Assembly (NCBI GenBank): GCA_963770895.1
Contig: CAVYRF010000002.1
Coordinates: 3,808,001 to 3,872,000, forward strand
Direction of reading: 5' to 3'
DNA from: an uncultured Acidobacteriota bacterium
GTDB taxonomy: Bacteria > Acidobacteriota > Thermoanaerobaculia > Multivoradales > UBA5704
Length of the DNA stretch: 64,000 nucleotides
Shown here: positions 31,137-40,075 of the stretch, in pieces
How positions within the stretch are numbered: position 1 is the stretch's first letter
Layout: each line of letters opens with the position of its first letter
Translations under genes and position numbers: made by a program
Notes under the pieces: generated by a model
Told to the model about the DNA's origin: nothing
The model's input: only the letters and a program-made list of their open reading frames with translations
Database searches by the model: none

Positions 31137-31592
31137 ATGCGTCACCCGATCTCCCGTCGCATCGTCGCCGCTGCCATCCTTGCCCTGGCCGCCTGGGCCA
31201 GCGCACCTCGGTCGCTTAGGGCCGTCCCGGCGTCCGGCTTTGGCATCGTGGCAAGCCAGGATGCCGACTTGTTCGCGCCGGTGCGTCGCTGGATGAGCGC
31301 GATCTGGCCCTGGCACAGCTCCGGCGCTAGCCGAAGCACGGTCCGGAACCCTACCGTTGCGAGGCCGCAGAACGGATGTGGAATCGACCCGAATGGTGGC
31401 CAGCAGTGCACCAACGTCGTCAAGCCGCAGAACGGCTGTGGAATCGATCCGAGCGGCCAGCAGTGCAACAATGTTCTCAAACCGCAGAACGGTTGTGGGG
31501 CGGATCCGAACGGCCAGCCGTGCAGCAATGTCGTCAAGCCGCAGAACGGCTGCGGAATTGACCCTGATGGGCAGCACTGCTCGCATAGCTGA
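31137..31592 (+). CDS. Secreted precursor with four Cys-bracketed DPxG repeats (151 aa)
   Basis: AAAGGA RBS; signal peptide MRHPISRRIVAAAILALAAWA; 4x PQNGCG(I/A)DP(N/S/N/D)G..C. Confidence 0.85.
   Translation: MRHPISRRIVAAAILALAAWASAPRSLRAVPASGFGIVASQDADLFAPVRRWMSAIWPWHSSGASRSTVRNPTVARPQNGCGIDPNGGQQCTNVVKPQNGCGIDPSGQQCNNVLKPQNGCGADPNGQPCSNVVKPQNGCGIDPDGQHCSHS
31362..31580 (+). repeat. Coding tandem repeat, 4 units of 57-60 bp
   Basis: CCGCAGAACGG at 31365, 31425, 31482, 31539; variation in the conserved core is mostly synonymous. Confidence 0.92.
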
Positions 31593-31735
31593 GTGCTGAT
31601 GCCCGAGCCGTCGGATCGGTGCTAAGTGGCGTCTTGCCCCTGTGGCCTGATTGGTGGCGAAGACGTGCCGCAGGTGTCGGCTAGTGTCGTGCCGGCCGGA
31701 GCCCGGTCGAGGGCGCCGCCTTTGCCGGCGTGCGC

Positions 31736-34142
31736 TCACGGCGTGATGAAGCCGAGATGGTGCGAGCGACTGAGCAGGCGCAGGGCCGCGCGCGCCTGTT
31801 CTATTGTGGCCATTTGGCGGACGGCCGCCGCGCAAAAGAGCCGCAGACTGGCGAGGGCTTCGCGCTCGATCCGCTGGGCGACAAGGACCGGGCGCATTTC
31901 CAGCGCCAAGCGGCGCACCTCGGCGAGCCGGCCGTCCTCCAGGTAGATAATCGCTAGTTCGAGAGAGACGAGGGCGCTGGCAAGGTGGTTGCCGCGGGCC
32001 GCAAACTCGTCGCGCACCTCCCCAAAGGCGGCGCTGGCCTCCTGCCTGTTGCCCATTCCAGCCGCGACGCGACCTTGCAACCAGCCGACACGCAGAAGGT
32101 CCAATTCGTTGGCCAACACAAGCGTGAGCTGCCGCAAGATCGGGACCTGAGCTGCTGCTTCGGAGAAGGCGCCGAGATGACAGAGATTGACGCCCATATT
32201 GAAGGCCAGCACCCACTGAAGCCTTGGGTCGCCGGTCTGGCGGACCAAGGGAGCGGCTTCGCTCAGAGCGGCCAATGCTGCGGCCGAGTCGCCCGCCAGC
32301 TCCAAGGTGTAGGCGCGATTGAGCAAGATTCGTCCTGCCGCAGAGCGCGGGGCCATGAGAGCGGCACGGTCGAGGAGATCGAGCGCAGCGGCGAATTGAC
32401 GCGCATCGCGACGCAGGGACGCCTCCAAGTCGACTAAGCGCCACGCCGGAAGGACGGCGGTCGGATCGCCGGCGGCGCCAGCGTTCCAGAGCTGCCAGAC
32501 GGTCTGCCATTCGGCGTCCGCCTGGATGAGGTTCCCCTGGACACGCAGGGCGTTGGCGAGAAACGCCCGCGCATAGCCTTGCAACCGGCTACGCCAGGCG
32601 TCCGAGCCGGCGGCGAGCCCGGCAACCGTGACAGCGAGCTGCGCCAGCTCCAGGGCGGTGTCTGCGCTGTTGGGCGCGGCACGCCGACTTTCGTCGGCGA
32701 GCCGTTCGGCGAGCGCCCAGCTCTGAAACGCCGGGAGGCACTCGACGAGGAGCAGGCGCCGCGAGGGAGCGCAGCCGGCGAGGACCTTCCAGAGCTTGTC
32801 GGTTTGGGCGCGGGCGCGGGCGACGCTGCGGGCGGCGGCTCTGGCCGGCAGGGAGGCTTTTGCCAGGGCGGCGACCTCCACCGCGAGATGCGCCGCGGCC
32901 TGACGCACGATGCGGTCTTCTGCTGGCGTCACGGTGGCAGGATGTGCGGGGATGGCACCACCGGCCGCGGTGGAAGGGGCGAGCGCCGAGATGGTGAGCA
33001 GCACGAGATCGACCTCGGCGGGGGCGTAGCCCATCGCCGCCGACGCCAGAGCTTCGAACCGCCGGCGGGTCAGAGTGCGATTGTCACGCTCATAACCGGA
33101 GACGCTGCTTTGGTGCGCGTCGGCGGCCGCCGCAAGGTCCTGCTGCGTCCAGGCGATGCGCTCGCGGAGCCAGACGAGGGCGATGCGCCAAGGGCGCGGG
33201 AGATCGTGGGGCGAAGCGTCGGTGGTGCCTCGGTCTGGCGTCGTGGCCGCAGCGGGAGGGCACGGGCCCGGACTTCCGGCCGTGTGGGGAGGTGCGGCGT
33301 CTCCGTCGTCGGCGGCCAGGGCGACCTTGTGGGTAGAGCGGCCCATCGCTGCGTACAAGTCGAGCAGGTGGCGCTCGGGGAGGATACCGGCCGGGTCGCC
33401 CGAGACGCCGGCGCGCCAGAGGCGCCAGGCGGTGCGCCATTCGGCAAAGGCGGCGGTCCGGTTGCCCGACACGTTTAGGGCGTCAGCCAGGTAGGCGTGA
33501 GCATAGCCCGCCATCCGGTTGCGCCACGCGGGCGAGCCGACGACGAGGCCGGCCGCCGTTACGGCAAGGTGCGCCAGTTCGAGGGCGGTGGCGACGTCCG
33601 CGGACGCGGCGCGCTGGCTTTCCTGGGCGAGGCGCTCGCAAAGGGCCCAGGTTTGGAATGCCTGCAAGCGCCCGACAAGGAGCCGGCGCTGCGCCTGGCT
33701 GGCGGCGTCAATGCGGAGCCACAGAGGTCCGGCCTTGGCGCGGTCCCGGTCGATGCGGCGCGCGGCAATCCTGGCACGCAGTCTGGGCTGGGCGACAGCG
33801 GCGACCTCGACCGCGAGATGCGCTACGGCTTGGCGCAGGGGACTGGCCGGCAGCGCGGGCGTCGCGACGGCCTTGTCGGCGACGGCTCCGTCGCCCGCGA
33901 TCTCCGGACCGAGTGCCGCAACGGTACCCAGCGCCAGCTCGACCTCGGCAGGGCTGTAGCCCATGGTGGTCTGTAAGGTGCTGGAAGCGGCGGCGGTGCA
34001 GCGGGCGGATCGCCCGTTCATAACACGAAATCTGGGCGTGGGTAATGCCGGCGGCCTGCGCGAGCTGCCGCTGGGTCCAGCCGACGCATTCCCTTAGCCA
34101 GATGAGGGCGATGCTGTCGGATTGGGGGATCGTTCTGGGCAT
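31736..34142 (-). pseudogene. Double-module XRE-HTH/TPR regulator (receptor 2), frameshift near 33970
   Basis: HTH1 WLRECVGWTQRQLAQAAG; shifted into MGYSPAEV; HTH2 WLRERIAWTQQDLAAAAD with a full TPR region. Confidence 0.75.
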
Positions 34143-34717
34143 TCGGTCAGCCCGCCGCGAGCGAGTCAGCCTGGTCGTTTCTGGCCCAAGAGGGCAGCTG
34201 GGTTTGCTCTGGTGCCATGAGCAAGGGTTTGGCCTCCGCATTCGCGACGGTGCGCGGTCAGGCAACAAATCGTCTTCGATGATGATTCTTACGCGAATGC
34301 TCTCGTTGCGCAAGGGCGATCGTGGGCATTCCCGTTGGCCGCGCGGCGCAAGCGGGCTGTGCGGCGGCTAGAAGTTTTCATTCTGTGTATACCTGATTCG
34401 CAGGCATGGCTCTGCGGCACAACTCACAGCGCGACCACCGGCTTTTGGGGCCGCTGGCTTGGTGGACAGGTCCGTGTGGTTGGAGCACCAGTTGAGCTGC
34501 TGCCTCGCGCTGCCTGGCCAACCGACGTCGCTCTCGTACTGAACAGACGGCCAGCGGGTCCGCGTTACGAAATCAAGACGCTTCGCGAGGTATACCGGAT
34601 ACTTTTTTAGGTAGTTGCGAGCGCGCCGGCCTTCTCCTGTTTATCCTGTTTGCGGAGTGAGCCCGCTGGACTGGCTGGTGCGCGACGGTGCGCCGCTCTC
34701 CTTTGGAGGACCATCGC

Positions 34718-35287
34718 ATGGGTTTGCAGGCAATTCCCACCCTGGAGACCGAGCGGCTCAGGCTGAGGCCGTTGCGCCGCGCCGACTTCGACGATTACGC
34801 GGCGCTACACGCCGATCCCGAGGTGATGCGCTACTTCGCCCAGGGCATCCTGTGGGACCGCGCCCGCTCGTGGCGACACATGGCCTGCATGATCGGTAGT
34901 TGGCAGCTCACCGGCTGCGGCATGTGGGCAGTCGAGGAGCGGGCGAGCGCTGGCTTCTGCGGCCTGATCGGATTGGTGGAGGCCGAAGGGTGGCCCGGTT
35001 GCGAGCTGGCGGGCCGCCTGGCTCCCAGGTTCTGGGGCCGCGGCTATGCCATCGAAGCCAACCTTGCTGCGCTGGGCCACGCCTTTGTCGGCCTGGGCAA
35101 ATCGTCGGTCATCAGTCTGGTGGATCCCGGGAACCAGGCGGCGGTGCGCCTGGTCGAGCGCACAGGGGAAAGCTTCCAGCGCCGGATGCAGCATGAAGGT
35201 CGCGAGGTGCTCTGCTTCGGCATCGACGCTGCGACGTATTTCGCCACAACCCCGGTCGCGGCCTGCTGCTCGCGGGCCGCGGGCTGA
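34718..35287 (+). CDS. GNAT family N-acetyltransferase (RimJ/RimL-like)
   Basis: PTLETERLRLRP, DPEVMRY, FWGRGYA, GNQAAVRLVER; GGAGGA RBS. Confidence 0.9.
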   Translation: MGLQAIPTLETERLRLRPLRRADFDDYAALHADPEVMRYFAQGILWDRARSWRHMACMIGSWQLTGCGMWAVEERASAGFCGLIGLVEAEGWPGCELAGRLAPRFWGRGYAIEANLAALGHAFVGLGKSSVISLVDPGNQAAVRLVERTGESFQRRMQHEGREVLCFGIDAATYFATTPVAACCSRAAG

Positions 35288-35321
35288 ACGCTGCGGATTT
35301 CTTGGGTAGCTTCTCAAACCG

Positions 35322-35846
35322 ATGCGACACCTTGACACATCATGCCGCTGCGATATGCATGCTCGAGCCCATCGAATACCTGCGGCCGAACTTGAAGGTG
35401 GTCCGGGAGAAGGCGAAGCGCCGCCGAGCGAGGGTGCGCCGGACGCCAGGGCGGGCCGAGGACGCTGGGTTTGGAACGAGGGCGACTGGTTCCGGGAAAC
35501 GCACCTGGTGTGGCTCGACGATCCCAGGGATCGCAACACCGCCCGGCAATTTGCAAAGCTTTTCTACAACCTGGTTGTGGAAAACAAACACGCGGAAGGG
35601 CGGAAAGGTTCCATGACGCGCGCCGAGCTGGCGGCAGCGTTGGCCGACCTCCCGTACCTGGAGCGGTACCTGGCCCACGTAGCGCTGGAGCGGGAGGTGT
35701 CCGGTCTGTCCGAGGAGGATGAGAGTCTGGCCCGTTTTGCGGGCCGTTTGGTTGCGAAGATCAGTCCGATCACCGCGGCGATGCAGAATCGACTCAAGCC
35801 TAAAAGATCGTGTTTACGTGCAGGGCGACGGCGGGGAGAACGATGA
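35322..35846 (+). CDS. Hypothetical helical protein
   Basis: Coding-like C-terminal half (FRETHL..AELAAALADLPYLERYLA); ATGA overlap with the next gene; start uncertain. Confidence 0.5.
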   Translation: MRHLDTSCRCDMHARAHRIPAAELEGGPGEGEAPPSEGAPDARAGRGRWVWNEGDWFRETHLVWLDDPRDRNTARQFAKLFYNLVVENKHAEGRKGSMTRAELAAALADLPYLERYLAHVALEREVSGLSEEDESLARFAGRLVAKISPITAAMQNRLKPKRSCLRAGRRRGER

Positions 35847-37210
35847 AGCGCCGTCCAACCTCAGCCCCGGAGGCAAGTGAGGCAAGGACCGTCGCTTCTT
35901 TTCCTGTGAGGACATCGCCCATGATGCGAGACCGCAGTTCCGGGAGCCGCGCAGGCTTCCCGGGCGAGAGATCCCGGTACGTCTTGCTGGCTGACGGACG
36001 CGACCTTGGAGCCGGGATTCCCATTGCCGATCTGGCCGCCAGAGCACAGGAGGCCGGAGAGCTAAGCGAGGAGCTGATGGGCATGGGGCGGGCGGAGCGC
36101 GTGAAGGCGGCGCGGCAGGAGAAACGCTTCCATCGCGCCGCCTTGCTGACACTGCTCAACCTGGAAGCCGAGAGCGCGCTCTTGCAACCGCGGGGCCGCG
36201 ACGTGGGCGAGCAGGAGGCTGAGGTGGCGACGATCCTGGCCGCGTGCCTGGTGCACGAGCCGCGGGGCGACGCCGTTCCCCCGGGGGCGCTGGCACACTG
36301 GCTGCTGGGCAAGGCCCGCCTTGAGCGTGCCGACCTGGAGGGGGCGGTGCGGTCGTTTCAGGGGATGCTGGCGTTCGCCGGCGACCCGGTGGTTACGAGC
36401 GAGGCAAAGGCGCTGGCCGCCGCCGGCTGGGCGCAGGTGGATCAGGCGATGGGCGCCTGGGATGAAGCGGTGGCGCACTTCCGGCTGGCGGGCTCCGCCT
36501 TTGCCGGGATTGGGGCGACCCTGGCCGCTGCCGCGTGCCTGGCCGAGATCGGCTTTACGCTGCTTACCACCAAGGACCTGCTGCTGGGACGGCGCAACTT
36601 GCAGCGCGCGTGGAGGCTGCTCGATACGGAGCTCGCCCCGACGATGGCGGCGCGCGTCGCGCTGGGCTGCGCGGAGATCGAAGCGCAACTGGGCGAGGGG
36701 GCGGAGCGCCAATGGCTGGCGCGCGCGCAGGGCTTGTACGGGCTGCGGACACAGCCCTGTGAAGACCTGGCCCGGGCCTGGACCGAAGGCCGCATCGCCG
36801 CCGCGGCGGGCCGCCATGGCGAGGCCCTGGTGCTGCTGGAACGGGCGCAGGCGGGACTGGTGGTGCAGGGGAGCCTGGGCGAAGCGGTCAGGGTCTCCTG
36901 CGACCAGCTTTCGCTGCGGTTGGCAGCCGGGCAGCCGTTGCAGGCCGACGCCATCGCCGACGCTCTGGGCAGCGCCTTCCCCGATGCCGGCGCAGCCTGG
37001 GCGCGCGCGATGCTGGACCTGGCGGACATTGCCGCGGCGCAGGGACGGGATGCGTACCAAATCGCCGTCGACGTGCTGCTCGAGCGCTTGCCGGCCCATG
37101 AGCCATTGCCCGGCCGCCCCGATGCGTTGACGCCCCGGCGAGCTCTTACTGACCGGCTGCTGCGGCACCGGGGTGAGTTCGAAGACCCGCTGGGTGGCGC
37201 AGAGTCGTGA
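35843..37210 (+). CDS. TPR-like protein without an HTH
   Basis: Helical repeats; AWTEGRIAAAAGR echoes the receptor WLxGRVAAGxG motif. Confidence 0.65.
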   Translation: MKRRPTSAPEASEARTVASFPVRTSPMMRDRSSGSRAGFPGERSRYVLLADGRDLGAGIPIADLAARAQEAGELSEELMGMGRAERVKAARQEKRFHRAALLTLLNLEAESALLQPRGRDVGEQEAEVATILAACLVHEPRGDAVPPGALAHWLLGKARLERADLEGAVRSFQGMLAFAGDPVVTSEAKALAAAGWAQVDQAMGAWDEAVAHFRLAGSAFAGIGATLAAAACLAEIGFTLLTTKDLLLGRRNLQRAWRLLDTELAPTMAARVALGCAEIEAQLGEGAERQWLARAQGLYGLRTQPCEDLARAWTEGRIAAAAGRHGEALVLLERAQAGLVVQGSLGEAVRVSCDQLSLRLAAGQPLQADAIADALGSAFPDAGAAWARAMLDLADIAAAQGRDAYQIAVDVLLERLPAHEPLPGRPDALTPRRALTDRLLRHRGEFEDPLGGAES

Positions 37211-37340
37211 GCGACCGCGACATGGTGGCGAGGTTTGCCATGCGGATGAGGGCCACGATCGGCGTGATGGTTGCGGCGGTTGGGGCAAGGCTCTGGGCGA
37301 GCACTGCGGGTGGACCTGCACAGCAACGTGGAGGCAGGGG

Positions 37341-37483
37341 ATGAGCCGTAAGGTATCCCATCCCCCGCTTTACGAACTCCAGGCAATGGCTGTGGGACGG
37401 CTGTCCCGCGAGGACCGTGCGCGGGTGGTCCGCATCTGCTGAGAGGGTGCAACAAGTGTGGCGCCGAGGTGTTCAGGGCCTAG
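37341..37483 (+). pseudogene. Mini zinc-finger (anti-sigma-like) ORF, frameshifted
   Basis: HPPLYELQAMAVGRLSREDRARVV / HLLRGCNKC with a 1-bp slip at ~37432; GGAGG RBS. Confidence 0.5.
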
Positions 37484-37824
37484 CCGAGCCTCGCGAATGC
37501 GCGGCGGGAGCGGAAACGGAAGAACTTTGACCAAGGCTCGTGAGGGGCGGCGAGGCGCGGAGCCGAAGCGGCGCGCCACATCCGGCAACGCTGCGCGTGG
37601 CGCCGTGTGACTCGCCGCGCCAGGAAGAAGAGCGCTCCCGATTGCCGCATCGCGACGACCTTTCTTGAGAGGACCCAGTGGATGGCTTCAACGTACAGCG
37701 ATCGCCTGCAAGCCGTGCCGCTGGCGCCGAAGGGCCAGCACCTGGTGCGTCCCCTGCGCGTGCGCGCCGACCGGCTGTCGCGCCCTTGCGGCGCGCTCGA
37801 AGGCTCGATGGAAGCTACGGGGCT

Positions 37825-38052
37825 ATGAGCCATCGACCGCGAGGTGGGTCTGGCAGCGGATCGCGAGGCGAAAGCGGAACCGTTGATCGATCGCAAAACG
37901 AGGCGCCTTTTCACCCCTCGGCGGAACAGATAGAGGCATTGCTCTTCGGCAGGATCTCGCAAAAGGACGCAGCACAGATTGTGCAGCACTTCATCAGGGG
38001 TTGCGATCAATGTGCGGCTTTGACCATGTCCATCCTGCGACCCAGGCGCTGA
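37825..38052 (+). CDS. Mini zinc-finger (zf-HC2-like) protein
   Basis: HPSAEQIEALLFGRISQKDAAQIVQHFIRGCDQC. Confidence 0.55.
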   Translation: MSHRPRGGSGSGSRGESGTVDRSQNEAPFHPSAEQIEALLFGRISQKDAAQIVQHFIRGCDQCAALTMSILRPRR

Positions 38053-38479
38053 CCTCGGAAGGTATGAACGGCCGACCGGTGGTGCATGCTATCGGCCGAC
38101 TCTCAGTGCGTTGCCCTGCGTTTCTGCCACAGGCCGCAGCTCTTGGGCAACGTGCTCTTGGGTACGTCCAAACTGGCAAGGTGCAGCTGGCGGGCAGATT
38201 CGCGGAGCGGGCAGGCCGGAACGCGCGGCTGGCGCTCGGCGATACCGATGCTGGCGAGATAGAAGCTAAGAGGTGCAACCATGGCGATCGCAAGCTGGCG
38301 CGCCGCCATTTGGAACATGCCTTTCGTCAAAACATGCGATGGACATGTCGTTGCCGGCGGTGCAGCATCGTTTCTGCGTGCAAATGTGAAAGCTGTACCA
38401 ATGTGCGCTGGCTGGATACTTCGATCCCTAGCGGAAGGCTGGACGGCGAGGAGCAGGGATGCTGTGGAGGGTAAGCCGG

Positions 38480-40075
38480 GTGCCGGTTCGTGACGAGATG
38501 CAGATGCTGGCTCGCCTGCTGCGTGCGATCCGCGGCGTCAGCCAGGATGAGATGAGTGCCGCGGCGTCGATCGACCGCAGCACGATCAGCCGCTATGAAA
38601 CGGGCGACATGGTCCCTTCCCGGGCACACTTGGCGCGCCTGACTGGCGCGGCAGGGCTGTCGCTCGCGTTTGCCGAATCCGTGCTGTTGCCGGTGGTTCG
38701 CTTGGTGTTGGAACCCGCCGCGGCCAGGTGGCAGCGGGTCCCGGCGCCGGCCGATAACGGTGCGGCCACCTTGGAGCAGGCTCTGCTTGGCACGGTACGG
38801 GCTGGGTTTGCCACGTTGGAGGCTGGCCTGTCGGTAGGCAAAGCGGCCGATCCCCATGGTCCCCCCGCGGTCGAGGATCGACTTCCGGTTGCCGAGCTAT
38901 GGGCGGAGATCCGGTCCTGTCCGCCCGCAGAGCGGCGCGACCTGATCGCGCGGCGCTCCGGCTTTCACACCTGGGCCTTCTGCGCAAAGCTGTGCGAAGA
39001 AAGCGCACGAGCTGCCGCGCACGATGCCCGACACGCACTCGACCTGGCGCAGCTGGGATTGCTGACCGCGCACCACGCGCCCGGAAGCACTGCGGGGAAG
39101 GCCTATATTGAGGGCTACGCCTGGGCCTTCGTGGGCAACGCGCTGCGGGTTGGGGGCGATTTGCCGGCGGCCGATGCCGCGTTTGCCATGGTGGGGACAC
39201 TCTGGCGGGCATCCCCGGGCCAGGCGGCTGGCGTGCTTGCCGCTTGGCGTGTCCCGTATCTGGAGGCAGCACTGCGGCGCGATCAGTGCAACGTGCGGCG
39301 GGCGCTCGATCTGCTGGATCGAGCCCGCGAGATGGCGCCGCGCGAGGCAACCGGGCGCATCCTGGTGTGCAAGGCGACCGTGCTGCAGCGATCCGGCGAG
39401 ATTGCGGCCGCACTCGCGACCCTGGGCGAAGCCGAGCGTGGCATCGACGCCGCGGCACAGCCACGGCTCGACTTGCTCCTGCGACACGACCAGATCGCGT
39501 GCCTTTGCCATCTCGGGCGATACCGCGAGGCAGAGGTCCAGCTTTGCGGGGTGGACCCGGCACGTCTTTGCGCGGACAACGACCCGGACCTACAATTCGC
39601 CTGGCTGAAGGCCCGCATCGCCGCGGGTCGAGGGCGTCGGCAAGAGGCTCGGACGGGGTTGGAGACGCTGCGGGCGGCGTACGCAGCACAGAAGCGCGCG
39701 CACGAGGTGGAGCTGGTCTCGCTGGAGCTGGCCATCATCTACCTGGACGACGGTCGGCTGGGGGAGGTCTGCGCCATGGCCAACTCTATCTCCTGCATTC
39801 TCGGCTCGGAGCGCATCCACCGCGAAGCTCTGGCAGCGCTGCGCCTTTTCTGCGAAGCCTCAGGGATCGAAGGCGGTGCCCGCGCCCAGGTTCAAAGGTT
39901 GCGCGCCCACCTGGATCGCGCCCGCCAGGATCCGCGGCTGATTTTCGGCTCGTCCCTGCCATCTGTGGCCCAGCAGCGGAGACTAATAAGGTGTTGGCGC
40001 ATCACAGCATCAACAGAAACGCAGCAGAAGGGGCCAAAAAGGCCCAGAGAGGAGTTCTGTGTATGCGGTTGGTGA
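38480..40075 (+). CDS. XRE-HTH + TPR regulator (receptor 3)
   Basis: LRAIRGVSQDEMSAAASIDRSTISRYETG; FHTWAFCAKLCEES, GYAWAFVGNALRVGGDL, VSLELAIIYL, REALAALRLFC; GTG after GGAGG. Confidence 0.85.
   Translation: MPVRDEMQMLARLLRAIRGVSQDEMSAAASIDRSTISRYETGDMVPSRAHLARLTGAAGLSLAFAESVLLPVVRLVLEPAAARWQRVPAPADNGAATLEQALLGTVRAGFATLEAGLSVGKAADPHGPPAVEDRLPVAELWAEIRSCPPAERRDLIARRSGFHTWAFCAKLCEESARAAAHDARHALDLAQLGLLTAHHAPGSTAGKAYIEGYAWAFVGNALRVGGDLPAADAAFAMVGTLWRASPGQAAGVLAAWRVPYLEAALRRDQCNVRRALDLLDRAREMAPREATGRILVCKATVLQRSGEIAAALATLGEAERGIDAAAQPRLDLLLRHDQIACLCHLGRYREAEVQLCGVDPARLCADNDPDLQFAWLKARIAAGRGRRQEARTGLETLRAAYAAQKRAHEVELVSLELAIIYLDDGRLGEVCAMANSISCILGSERIHREALAALRLFCEASGIEGGARAQVQRLRAHLDRARQDPRLIFGSSLPSVAQQRRLIRCWRITASTETQQKGPKRPREEFCVCGW

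Noticed and set aside
31380-31575. DPxG cores as mimics of the RHS PxxxxDPxG cleavage motif
   Set aside because: The Pro spacing differs and the local RHS has DSDG; a 4-residue match is too weak.
31362-31580. 57-60-bp periodic repeats as a CRISPR array
   Set aside because: Units are in frame, vary at synonymous positions and have no unique spacers; no cas genes are present.
31137-31592. Repeat peptide as the LanKC substrate
   Set aside because: It has a Sec-type signal, the cores are almost free of Ser/Thr, there is no S-x2-S-x2-5-C motif, and it lies over 20 kb from lanKC.
29478-32510. 1010-aa ORF as one protein
   Set aside because: The N-terminal half is shadow translation over the peptide gene and receptor 2; the real start is 30989.
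39244-40062. N-terminal extension of RHS-A (1617-aa ORF)
   Set aside because: It is an off-frame overlap with receptor 3; the RBS and signal peptide point to 40063.
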